This document shows positions 36,713 through 48,150 of a stretch of DNA of 64,000 bases, in pieces. The stretch's first letter is position 1, and the number at the start of each line of letters is the position of its first letter. A model generated the notes under the pieces. That model worked only from the letters and a program-made list of their open reading frames with translations, was not told the DNA's origin and made no database searches. Source of the DNA: Podarcis melisellensis (Eukaryota); assembly GCA_964234715.1 (NCBI GenBank), contig OZ174287.1; one strand, written 5' to 3'. The position numbers and the translations under genes were made by a program.

Positions 36713-37499
36713 GAACCAAAACATGGAGCTGTGAGCTGTGAGGCTTGCATCCAGTATGTATGTTAGTGTGCGAGTCAGAAATCTGTTTCTCCCCAGGAAA
36801 GGGCTTCCAAATCCTGAAAGGAGAATGGCTGACTGTAGCACCTCATCATATCCTCCAAGTGTCCCGGTTTTCCAGGGACAGTCCCAAAATTGCATGCGCC
36901 ATCCTGGTTTCTGATTTGATCCCAGAGTGTCCCGCTTTTCCTTTCTTCCTCCCCTCCACATTTCGGAGAACAATTAAATGTGGGGTGTGTGTGTAGGTGC
37001 AAAAAACAGAGTCCTGTTTAGATGGAAAATAAAGTCCCTGGATCAAATGAAGGGAATGGTGAAGCGGCCATGCAAAGCCCATTTTGAATGAAAAAGTCAC
37101 CAAGTGTCAGGGAGAAGTTTCCTGACGTAGAATAAGATGTCTCCATCTGAGAAATGTTGGAGGCTGTGACTTCATTGCAGATCTTCTGCTTCCCCCCCTG
37201 CTCCTCTTGGAGACCCCTGTATTGAGTCACAAGTGTGGGCAGTCACCATTCCGTCGTTTGATAGCAACACTGAATTCACTCCCTCAAGAGGCAGTGATGG
37301 CTAACAGTTTGCATGGCTAGGCCATCATCAGGCCAGGTGTCAGACAGCAATGTTCAAGGCCACGTTAAGGGAGAATGTACATATTTTGTCTGGGATGAAG
37401 CAGGATCTGGTTTTCTCAGCAAAGTGTTACTCAAGAAGTATCAGAAGGAAACACTTCCTCCTTTTTGTACAGGCCTCTGCTTCAGTCTGTCCCACTGTG

Positions 37500-38067
37500 C
37501 CTGTTGCACAGTAATACATGGCCGTGTCTGCAGCTGTCACAGAGCTCAGTCTCAGAAAGTACTTGGTTTGGGAAGAATCCACAGAGATGGTGATTCGGTT
37601 TTGGAATGATGCAGCATAGTACGATCTTGCAGTCCACCCTCCCATCCATTCGAGCCCTTTCCCAGGGCTCTGTCGTACCCAGATCCACCAATAGCTGCTT
37701 ATCACAGAACGCCCAGTGACTGTACAGGTCAGCTCAAGGGTCTCTCCTGGTCTCACTGTTCCTGGTTCAGATTCCTTCAATGTGACCTGGGAGAAAACAC
37801 CTGAAGGGATTTGGGGGGAGGGAAAGAAAAGGAAAACCAGAGTTAGGCAGTAGGCGCAGCCAGAACTTTATGGCTATTACTTGCAGTTTTATCATTGCTC
37901 ATTTAATCCAAAACACATGGGTCATGTGAATTGTTATACCATTAAGTATCCTATCTAATATTCAGAATAGTTCATTTGATAAGATGTGGAAGGGTTGGAG
38001 AATGTTTTAGGAGATACTTACCTGGGAGCAGGGCCAAGAGGAAGAGGGGGACCAAGGGCAGCATCAT
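37500..38067 (-). CDS. IGHV: IGHV, intact, short-CDR2 family (leader 38067-38022, V exon 37800-37500)
   Basis: [34 protein letters not shown]; cactgtg(37493)-24-cctttttgt; octamer 38208. Confidence 0.95.
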
Positions 38068-39049
38068 TTTATTTTATCCTGAGAGGAGAAAAGTAATAAT
38101 AGGAATGAAAAACAATAATGCTGGAATGGAGGCAGCCTTTCTCCTCAGCTGCAATGAAGCTAAATTACCAAGGAGCCTGTTATTTGAATTTGGGAGGCAG
38201 TGAGAGAATTTGCATAATGTAAAAAAAGGCCACGCATAACAAAAGCAGGAGCACCATTTGAAGCCAATAGGTGTCAGCATTACTTCTTGCGTTGAGATGA
38301 GCACGTTGAGTGGATGTCTATGTAAACATACAACATAAATATCATATCATATATCCTCCAACATTACTCTGATGAAAATTGGGGTGCGTGTATTTTGGTA
38401 TGGTGCTACAGTACGAGGGGGGAAGCGGGACATTCTGGGACAATCAGGAGCCGAGATGGCTTCTATTATTCTGGGATGCCCTGGGACACTTGAAAGGGTA
38501 TGTAATATAATACTATGGGGAAAAGGATGGAACAGTGCAAAATGACACAAGACACCCATCGAGGAGTGGAGGAGAGCACAGATCAGATTGTGCTGCAGCA
38601 TCCACGAAGCCATAGCAATGAAACTGTTTCTTGATACCCATTGCTTGTGATGGGCTGTAGGCTATGTTGGCCTCTAGAAGGGGACAAGTGTGCAGATCCA
38701 TTTCGCACCCTTTGCAATAAAGAGTTGCAGTCCTTATGTGGAAGTCATTACATGTAAGGCCAGGGAGCTCATAGTTTGAGGCTCCTTGCCTCAAAGAACC
38801 TCTTTTGTGAAACTTTGCAGGTGGTTGTTACCGGTAGTCTGGAGATTTGAGAGATTTGGAAAGGATTGTCTCTGCTGCCAGCTGCTTGACAAAGAGAATA
38901 TAGTTGAGGGCTGGTTTGAGAGGTTATAAAAGTGATTTATTTCATGTGGTTTAATATGCATAGGTGACACTATCATCATAATTGTGCCTAAGAAGTGAGA
39001 GGCAATTAGTTTTAATAAAATTTAAAGTGGGAGCTGACTCCATAATAGT

Positions 39050-39885
39050 AAATAATAATAAATAATATTTTTTTATTTATACCCCACCCTTCCTGGTCAG
39101 AAAACCGGGCTCAGGGCGGCTAACAACAAATTTAAAACACTTCATTGATGCAACAAAAAACAGCATAAAATACAGTATAAAATGTGAATAACAATAAATT
39201 CCCAATTCAAAAATCAGTTTAGGGGGGAAATCCATCCAATAAACATTAGATGATCACCAGGGCTAGCTGGCTAAGTTAGTCCTATTTGGGCCAGTGAGGA
39301 GACCAGGGGAGAATTACCCAGAGTGGGTAATCTTCATAAAAAGGGGAGGGGGAGGGAAGGAAGGGGAATAAAAATCAGGCTAAGTTCAAATTGGAAGCCA
39401 TGTGGAATAGCTCTATCTTACAGGCCCTGCGGAAAGAAGTTCAATCCTGCAGGACGCTGGTCTCATGGGACAGAGCATTCCACCAGGTCGGAGCCATCAC
39501 TGAGAAGGCCCTGACCCTGGTGGAGGATAATTTGACTTCTTTAGGGCCCGGGACCTCTGAACTAACTTTACTCATGGACCTTAAGGTCCTCTGCGGGGCA
39601 TACAAGGAGAGGCAGTCCTGTAAATATGAGGGCCCTAAGCCACAAAGGGCTTTAAAGGTCAAAACCAGCACCTTAAACCTGACCCGATACTCCACCGGGA
39701 CCCAGTGCAACTGGTAAAGCATTGGGTGAATATGTTCCCATGGCAGGGACCCCGTGAGGAGCCTCGCTGCAGCATTCTGCACCCACTGGAGTTTCTGGGA
39801 CAGTTTCAAGGGCAGTATTACAGTTTTACAGTAGTCAAGCCTGGAGATGACCCTCGCATGGATCACTGTGGCCAGATTGGGGCGG
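39050..39885 (-). mobile_element. L2 LINE 3' fragment
   Basis: ISRLDYC..KLQWVQNAAARLLTG..LHW.PV.YRVRFKVLVLTFKAL..RAFSVMAP. Confidence 0.9.
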
Positions 39886-40131
39886 GAAAGGTAAGGGACA
39901 AACTCCTTAATGCAGTTAAAGACAAAAAGAAACCTAAGCCAATCCGAGCACAGCGTACTCTCAATGCTTCTCAGAATTTCTGCTGCCCAAAGAAAGTGTC
40001 TGAAGCATTTTGCCCTCAGAGAGGGTGCAGATTTTCAGCACAAATTTAGCTGCATTCATTCAATGGTTGTCTGTTGGTGACAGGGATCTGCTGGTGGCTG
40101 TGCAAGGGGCTGAGTCCGAGGGTAGATCTTG

Positions 40132-40567
40132 CAGCAAAATACACTGCTGTGTCTGCAGCTGTTGGGGAGCTCAGCTGGAGATACACTTTATTTCTGGAGA
40201 TGTCCCTGGAGATGCTAGCTTGACTTCTCAGTGCTGAATTGATATTAGTGGTTCCTCCATTTATAGTGTTGCGAATAAGTGCTATCCATTCCAGCCCTTT
40301 CCCTGGAGGCTGCCGGATCCAGTGCCAGTAATAATTATCAAGCTGAACCCCAGAAGCTCTGCAGGTCAGTTTGAAGGACTCCCCAGGTTTCACCAGTCCC
40401 GGACCAGACTCCAGGAGTGGAGCGGATGCCTATAAAAGAATGCAGAAATTGTGTCATAATTGGGAATCTCTCAGCATTGGGCTCAACATTTTTGTTTTTA
40501 TTCTAAAGAATAAATCCTCACCAGAGGAGATGCTTAGGACAATGAGGAAGAGCAACATGAAAGTCAT
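40132..40567 (-). pseudogene. IGHV: IGHV pseudogene: FR1 frameshift, no Cys104, RSS heptamer/spacer deleted (leader 40567-40522)
   Basis: 8-nt FR1 deletion versus V30017; ends VYFAARST running straight into the nonamer; octamer intact at 40687. Confidence 0.92.
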
Positions 40568-41676
40568 CTCTCTCTCTCTTGCCTCACTCTCTCCCCTTTA
40601 GCTTTAGTCAGGAGTGAATGGGACTCAGCCAGGCCATGGAGACACACTGGACAATGCTATTTAAACAGAAGGAGGTTGGTGGGGTGATTTGCATAGAGGG
40701 CGTTCTGTTGTGTCAGGTCCTGCATTTAAGAAGCAAAGAGGACAAAAGGAGACGCAGTTGCCGGAATGGAATTTTCCCAAATATTGCCTTTTACTGAATT
40801 GCTCTTCCACCTTTCTTTCATGCCGTACTATCCTCACTTAAGCAGGTTCTTTTATGAATACAGGAAGCCTCCTAGTTCTTTTAGAATCCTAGGAAACCAC
40901 TGTAAACCTAGTAAGACTGCTCTGCATCTAGTTCAGTGTTGTCTACACTGACTGGCAGGAACTATACAGGGTTTCTAACTGCAGTGTCTCCCAGGGATTC
41001 AATATGGGACTTTCTGTGCACTAAGCTGTACCAGTCAGCCACAGCCCTACCAATGACTTTGCTGCATCAAGTAGATATTTCTGAATCAAACAATCAACAC
41101 TCGCTGGGTTTTCTGGACTAAATGAAATGAATGAAAATGGTCTCACTTTATCACTCTTTCCCCCACTCTCACAGGGTTTGCCGTTTGTGTTGCAGGCTGT
41201 CGTGACTGCCTGTAAAGGCAACTTTCCTCCTAAGCCTTGAGTTGTGTCTCATGAACCCATCCAGTGCTGTTATTAAAAAAAATAAATGTTTAGGCGTCCT
41301 GTTATTTTCCTACTCATATTGAAAGAGTGCCCATCAATGAGGCCAAACTTAGATTTACAAAATATTTAGGGGTATGCGTACCCCTGCATCCCCTCAGAAA
41401 AAAAGGACTTCTCCCATCAGTGGCTCTCATGGAGCTTAGTGTCATCATGATCATAGCAGCTGATTTTGTGGTTGAACTCTACAGCATGAAAATCTCCCCC
41501 CTTATCCCCTTTCTCTTTTCTTAATGCATTTCTCCTTCCTTGCAGCAGTTTGTGTCAACCTGAGAAATTATGTGCGTTCTTTTAAGGAGAACCGTGCATC
41601 TATAGTACATCACTTTTTGTTTTCTAACCACTTCCTCCTTTTTGTACAGGCCTCTGCTTCAATCTGTCCCACTGTG

Positions 41677-42219
41677 CCTGTTGCACAGTAATACATGGCT
41701 GTGTCTGCAGCTGTCACAGCGCTCAGTCTCAGAAAATACTTGGTTTGGGAAGAATCCACAGAGATGGTGATTCGGTCACGGAGAGATGGTGCATAGTATG
41801 TGCCACCAGTCCACATTCCCATCCATTTGAGCCCTTTCCCAGGGCTCTGTCATACCCAGTTCCAATAGTAGCTGCTTGTAACAGAGCGCCCAGTGACCGT
41901 ACAGGTCAGCTCGAGGGTCTCTCCTGGTCTCACTGTTCCTTGTCCAGATTCCTTCAATATGACCTGGGAGAAAACACCTGAAGGGATTGGGAGAAGCAAG
42001 GAAGATCAGAGTTAAGCAGGGTGTCCCCTCCAGGCTTGAAAAGTTGCCTCGTAAGCAGCCACACCATGGCTCCATTAATCCAAAGTACACAGATCATGTT
42101 AACATTATACAATTAAGATTCAGGACTATAATCCTGGGTGTAAGGGACAGTGAGCATTTGGGGAGATACCTACCTGGGAGCAGTGTGAGGAGGAAAAGGG
42201 GGGCAAAGAGCAATGCCAT
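41677..42219 (-). pseudogene. IGHV: IGHV pseudogene (short-CDR2 family), FR2 stop (leader 42219-42174, V exon 41977-41677)
   Basis: CGA>TGA at 41852-41850; otherwise near-identical to the V28043 exon; RSS cactgtg(41670)-24; octamer 42358. Confidence 0.92.
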
Positions 42220-43138
42220 TTTTATCCTAAGAAGTGAAAAAAAATATAATACGTCGTTTTTAAAAAAATCACTGGAACTAAGTCAGCTCTTCTTCTGAGC
42301 TGCAGTGAAGATGAAGGACTCAGGAGGAAACTATTTGAATTTTGGAGTAGTGAGCAAATTTGCATAATGTAAAACACTCAGAGAAATGCACACATTGGTA
42401 AATAGGCTCTCTGAAAGGCCATAAACCAGGAGCATCATTTGGAGTCAGACGGTTTTAGCATCTGTTCTTTCCCATGTTGCTATAAGAGTGTTGGGAGGAA
42501 GAAATTCAAATATATAACCCATTTAAATAGAATATCGTACCCCAAGGAATGGGATAGAACCATACAGAAATGATAGAATCCAGGGGTTGAAGGAGAAGGC
42601 ACAGACCAGGCAGTCCGGCCACATAAAGTCCAAACAACTGGTCTTTTTGCTGATGCTCTTTGCTTGTGATTTGCTATGGCCTCTGGAAGGAGGCAAAAAT
42701 GCAGATCCCTAGAATGGGGAGGGGGAGAGGGTAAAGTGTGCATAAGAATACATTTATTTGTGAAATGTATTAAACTAGGGAAATGTGTGTATTGAGCTAT
42801 ATCACACACAAAAAGAATGATGAGGCTATCTTGCTCAGCTAAGAGGGATTACTCATCCTCAGAATTATCTGTGGAGAGTAGTTATGCATAAAGGATGGCT
42901 CAGCCATGAAAAAAATAAAGGTCAAATGAACCAATTTATCTCTTCCCCCCTCACCCCCAATAAAGAACTTCAGTTCTTCTGTGAGAGAGGTTACATGCAA
43001 GATCTGAAATCCAGCTGTTCTTTTAGCTTTGGGGCTCTTTGCTTCAAACATTCTTGTGGGACTTTGCAGGTGGTTGCAAGTGGTGATTTAAGAGGCTGTG
43101 GTTTTCTGTAGGAAGGAACACGGGGTGGTGGGTGAATC

Positions 43139-43157
43139 TGCTGCCACCTTTTGGACA
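43139..43157 (-). promoter_or_regulatory. CTCF-like motif
   Basis: TGTCCAAAAGGTGGCAGCA, same context as 25537. Confidence 0.4.
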
Positions 43158-43576
43158 AGGGGGATCTGGCTGAGGGCCAGTCTCAGATGATCAGTAATAA
43201 CAACCGAACTCCTTTGGTTGTCCCAGCATCTGATTGCACTGCTACTGTTGTTATGGACTAACAGGCCGGACGCTAGAATGAGAGAAACATCCCACCCTGA
43301 ATTCTGAAGAGCAGCTTGTTAGTGCAATTCTAGACAGGTCTTCTGAGGGGCAAACTCCATATCTCTGAGACAGAGATATATCAACATCAGTCTAAGGCCT
43401 TAAAGTGGGTTCATCCTCCCCATTCACTCCATATTTTTTCCAGAGTGGGAACTGTACCTACAGAGAAGCAAACCCCATTGAGTTACATATCACCTCAAGG
43501 TTCTTGAAGTAGGTTTCTATTTTCTAACCACTTCCCCCTTTTTGTGCCAGCCTCTGCTTCAGTTCCTCCTACTGTG

Positions 43577-44087
43577 TATCTCGCACAGTAATACACAGCG
43601 TTGTCTGCAGCTGTCACAGAGCTCAATCTGAGAAAGTACTTGGTTCGGGAAGGATCCACAGAGATGGTGATTCGGTTGCGTAAAGATGGAGCATACATTG
43701 TGGTCCCCACCCAATACCCCATGCATTCAATCCCTTTCCCAGTTCTCATCCGTACCCAGTCCCACCGGTAGCTGCTTGTGACGAAGACTCCAGTGACCGT
43801 ACAGGTCAGCTCAAGTGTTTCTCCTGGCCTCAAGGTCTCTGGCCCAGATTGCTTTAGCATGACCTGGGAGAAAACACCTGCAGGGTTTGAAGGAGCAGGG
43901 AGAAGAAAAGGAGAAGCAGAGTTAGTGCTTGGTTTGCTCAGTTAATCCTAAACATCTGGAAAGGGTTGTTTTGTACTCTTAAGATTCCTGCCTAAAATCT
44001 AGGGTATTTCACTTCAAAGTATGTGAAAGGGGATAGCCTACCTGGGAGCAGGGCCATGAGGAAGAAGGGGAGAAAGGGGGTTGCCAT
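43577..44087 (-). CDS. IGHV: IGHV, intact ORF, short-CDR2 family, FR2 Cys (leader 44087-44042, V exon 43877-43577)
   Basis: [39 protein letters not shown]; tactgtg(43570)-24-cctttttgt; octamer 44210. Confidence 0.9.
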
Positions 44088-44477
44088 TTTTTATCCTGGG
44101 AAGAGGAAAATATTAATCAGAATAAGAAAAGTAGTGGAACAGAGGCAGCTTTTCTCTTGAGCTACAGGGACATGGAAAGAAGGAGGATGCTGCTATTTGA
44201 ATTGAGAGAATTTGCATAATAAAAAAAAGACCACACACATGAACACATTTTGATAGGTGGGTTCCCTAAAGGCTAAAAAGCCAGGAACATCATTCAAAAA
44301 GAGCCTAGTGGGGTGATTTCCATACAGGGTGTTCAGTCTCTTCTGGCCCTGAATTTAAGAAGCAAAGGGAATTAGAGGACACCCATATGCAGGGATGACT
44401 CTCCCCAAATATTGCCTTCCACTTCAGATCCTCTTCCAGCATTCGTCCATGGTACATTGTATTTTCCTTCCTGAGGA

Positions 44478-44884
44478 GGGCAACCAAGATGATAAAGGGT
44501 CTGGAAACCAAGCCTGATGAGTTTGAGGGAATTGGGTCTGTTTAGCCTGGTAAAGAGGAGACTGAGAGGAGATATAATAGCCACCTTCCTATATCTAAAG
44601 GGCTGTCACATGAAGGAAGGAGCAAGCTTGTTGTCTCCTGCTCCAGAAGGTTGTACCTGAACCGATGGATTCAAGCTACAAGAAAGGAGATTATGACTGA
44701 ACATGAGGGAGAATTCTTCAGCAGTGGAATGGACTCCCATGAGAGACTGTGGACTCTCCTTCCTTGGAGGTATTTAAGCAGAAGATGGAGGGCCATCTTT
44801 CATGGATAAGATTTTTGCATTGCAGTAGGTTGGGCTAGATGACCCTTGAGGTCCTTTCCAGCTCTACAGTTTTATGATTCTATG
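44478..44884 (+). mobile_element. CR1 LINE 3' fragment
   Basis: RATKMIKGL..LGLFSL.KRRLRGD-like coding sequence and (attctatg) tail. Confidence 0.85.
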
Positions 44885-44904
44885 GATACCTTTGTTTTAA
44901 GAAC

Positions 44905-45302
44905 AGTACGTTTCCGAGCACAATTCAAAGTGTTGGTGCTGACCTTTAAAGCCCTAAATGGCCTCGGTCCAGTATATCTGAAGGAGCGTCTCCTCCCCCA
45001 TCGTTCTGCCCGGACACTGAGGTCCAGCTCCGAGGGCCTTCTGGCGGTTCCCTCCCTGCGAGAGGCCAAGTTGCAGGGAACCAGGCAGAGGGCCTTCTCG
45101 GTAGTGGCGCCCGCCCTGTGGAATGCCCTCCCACCGGATGTCAAGGCGATGGACAACTACCTGACATTCAGAAGACATCTGAAGGCAGCCCTGTTCAGGG
45201 AAGTTTTTAATATGTGACATTTTAGTGTATTTTTCATTTCTGTTGGAAGCCGCCCAGAGTGGCTGGGGAAACCCAGCCAGATGGGCGGGGTACAAATAAT
45301 AA

Positions 45303-45355
<53 letters not shown>
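44905..45355 (+). mobile_element. L2 LINE 3' fragment, young, (TAT)n tail
   Basis: FKVLVLTFKALNGLGPVYLKERL..RAFSVVAPALWNALP. Confidence 0.9.
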
Positions 45356-45356
<1 letters not shown>

Positions 45357-45384
45357 ACAAAGGAAATTACCTTCCTCTTTTCCT

Positions 45385-45731
45385 TTTTAAAATGAAATTA
45401 TTTTTATTGGTTTTAGAGATACAAAATATAAATGGACACAGACTGTAAAAAACAAATCCATATAAAGGGATTCTCTGAATCTCGAGGCTTCCCTCATTCC
45501 CTCCATGGGGTCTTACTTTAAACATATTCAACTGCATTTTCATCCATAGTCCAAATTTTATATCAAACCATATTGTCCATAAAATTTTTACACTACAAGT
45601 GTGTCAAAATCCTGCTCTTGTTTCCATCTGCTTACAATGGTCTCCTAAATAACCCCCCCCCCCGGTTCTTTTATAACAAAATTATCCTCTAGGTTTCTGA
45701 GTTTTCCATTCGGGTTTGCCATCTTGGCATA
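45385..45731 (-). mobile_element. L1/Tx1-like LINE 3' fragment
   Basis: Reverse complement resembles 57717-58058. Confidence 0.55.
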
Positions 45732-45766
45732 GAAATCTAGTAAGACTGTTGTCCATCTAGTTCAGA

Positions 45767-45880
45767 TTTGTGTAGCTGTGACAGATCTCAGTTGAAGTTA
45801 GATTTTATTTTTGCAAGCATCCCTGGTTATACTGATTTGGGTGCTAAACATTAAACTGTGTAGGGAGAGATTTCCAGTAC
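45767..45880 (-). pseudogene. IGHV: IGHV FR3 relic
   Basis: FSTQISITRDACKNKI*LQLRSVTA. Confidence 0.7.
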
Positions 45881-46003
45881 ATCTTTCAGCCAGAATTAGG
45901 GCAATGGATGTCTGTTGAAGACAGAGAGCTGGCAGTGCCAGTGCACATGGCAGAATTGTAGTGTGATTTTTGCATGGATGCTTCATTGCTTTGGTTCACT
46001 GTG

Positions 46004-46431
46004 TCTCTTGCACAGTAATACATTGCAGTGTCTGCAGCTGTCAGGGAGCTCAGCTGGAGAAACACTTCGTTTCTGGAGGTGTCCCTGGAGATGCTGGTTC
46101 GACTGCTGAGTGCTGGATTGAGCTGAGTTGTTCCTCCATTTGCTGTGCTCCGGATGAACCCTATCCACTCCAGCCCTTTTCCTGGAGCCTGTCGGCACCA
46201 GTCCCAGTAATGATCACTGACTCGAACACCAGAGACAGAGCAAGTCAGTTTGAAGGACCCTCCGGGCTTCAGCAGTCCTGGACCAGACTCAGTTATCTGT
46301 GGACTTGAGAAGATACCTGATTGTGTCATTATCCCTTTGTGTTGGGATCGACATTATCAGTTACCCACTAAACAAAAATCCTCACCAGGGAAGATGCCTA
46401 GGAGAATGAAAAAAACCAATAGGGATCTCAT
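46004..46431 (-). CDS. IGHV: IGHV, intact ORF, Cys at IMGT 42 (leader 46431-46386, V exon 46316-46004)
   Basis: [16 protein letters not shown] / [20 protein letters not shown]; cactgtg(45997)-23-gatttttgc; octamer 46555. Confidence 0.92.
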
Positions 46432-46809
46432 GTCTCTCTCTCTGTCTGTCTGTCTATCTGTGTCTCTTCTCTTTGTACAGAATGAAAGAGACACAGCCAG
46501 GCCATGGAGTAACTTCAGGTGATGCTGTTTAAATAGAAGGGGCCTGGCTGAGAAATTTGCATATGTGGCATTGAGTTAAGAAGCAGAGGGGATAAAAACA
46601 GGATGCTCTTGCAGAGAGGACTCCAAGTGGCACTGTTTGTATTTCACGGTCAAATAGCATCCTCAGACTAATGATCCATCTAGTTTTGTGCTGTTTGTAC
46701 TGATGGCTTATCCACACTTACCTTTCCTCTGTGCTTTCCAGGTAGGGCCTGTACTTTGGCTTGCACAGTGTTGGAAGACGCCACAGGGACAGTCACACCT
46801 GGCGCATCT

Positions 46810-46985
46810 CCTGGGGACCAGCGGGGCCTAGCAGAAGGCTGCACCAGTGTGTTTGGTGCCAGGAGATGCTGCAGGGATTGGAGCACTTGGCAGAAGGTTG
46901 CACCAGTCTACACTGCATCTGCCAGTACTGTGGGGACCAGCAGTGCCTAGTGGAAGGCTGCACCAGCCAGCCCAGTGCTGGGAGA
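46810..46985. repeat. Degenerate ~60-bp minisatellite (3 copies)
   Basis: gaaggYtgcaccag recurs at ~46834, 46893 and 46953. Confidence 0.55.
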
Positions 46986-47081
46986 TGTGTGTGATATCAT
47001 GTGAGATACGCATGATGTCAGACGCATGCAATACGTGTGGTCTCTTAAACCTGGGAGAAACCTAACACTATTGCCATATGA

Positions 47082-47083
<2 letters not shown>

Positions 47084-47150
<67 letters not shown>
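47084..47150. repeat. (CT)n microsatellite
   Basis: Seen directly. Confidence 0.95.
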
Positions 47151-47152
<2 letters not shown>

Positions 47153-47509
47153 ATTTGGTTCAAAAAAGATAGCTTTAAAGTGTAGACCTGTGGTTGGAAA
47201 GTGTGGGGTAAAAGGTATGTGTGGCTAAGCCCTGGCTGGCAGTAGCTCTCCAAGGTTTTAGGCTGGAATTCCTTCCCAGCACTACCTGGAGATGCCTGGG
47301 AGTGAGTCTGGGATGTTTCTGCCTGCAAAGCGCATGCTCTGCCCCTGAGCTACTGCCCTTCCCAAAATTGTTTTGTTCTGCATTTGAAGAAGAGTGGAGC
47401 AGGAATGTTTTATGGTGAGCAATCAAGCATGAAATATTGAATCTGTGTAGGAGGCCGAATCACTCTGCACAGTTTGTGTCTGGATACTCCATTGCCTTGC
47501 CCCAGAGTG

Positions 47510-47830
47510 CTGCTCTGTCCCTTGCACAGTAATACACAGCGTTGTCTGCAGCTGTGAGGGATCTCAAAAGAAGATAGAATTCGTTTTTGGAGGCATCCCT
47601 GGTGATACTGATTCGGGAGCTAAACCTGGAACTGTAGTATCCGTTTCCTCCCACAGCCACACTCTGAATGCTGCCCAACCACTCCAGACTTTTCCCTGGA
47701 GTCTGTCGGTTCCAGCCCCAGTACCAGCCACTCACTTCAGCACCAGAGACAGCGCAGGTCAGTTGGAGGGGCTGTCCAGGCTTCACTGCTCCCAGGCCAG
47801 ACTGGGTCAGATGCACACTGCAGAAGACAC
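47510..47830 (-). pseudogene. IGHV: IGHV exon with intact frame and RSS but no cognate leader
   Basis: SVHLTQSGLG..WNRQ..YYCARDRA; cagagtg(47503)-23-agtttgtgt; intron homology to V32042 ends at an RTE fragment (~48056). Confidence 0.8.
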
Positions 47831-48051
47831 CTGAACAAAGCGAGAGAAATTAGTACCACTCCGTGGAGGCTCTCCGAGTTGGATTCATAGGACTGCATCC
47901 TAAGACATCAGTTAAGAAAGTTTAGGGAAGGGATGTTCTCCAACCTCTTCTCCCTTCTGCAATCACCCCAAATTATTTGGACCCTTGCCTGATATGGGCA
48001 ATTTCTCTCCGCACCCTCTACCCCCGATCTCCTTTGCATTATATCACCCAT

Positions 48052-48150
48052 TGTCCGAACAACATGACCAGTCCAACGAAGTTGATGTTGAAGAATCATT
48101 GCTTCACACTGGTGATCTTTGCTTCTTCCAGTACACTGACATTATTACCT
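48052..48150 (-). mobile_element. RTE/BovB-like LINE fragment
   Basis: SVEAMILQHQLRWTGHVVR motif. Confidence 0.75.
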
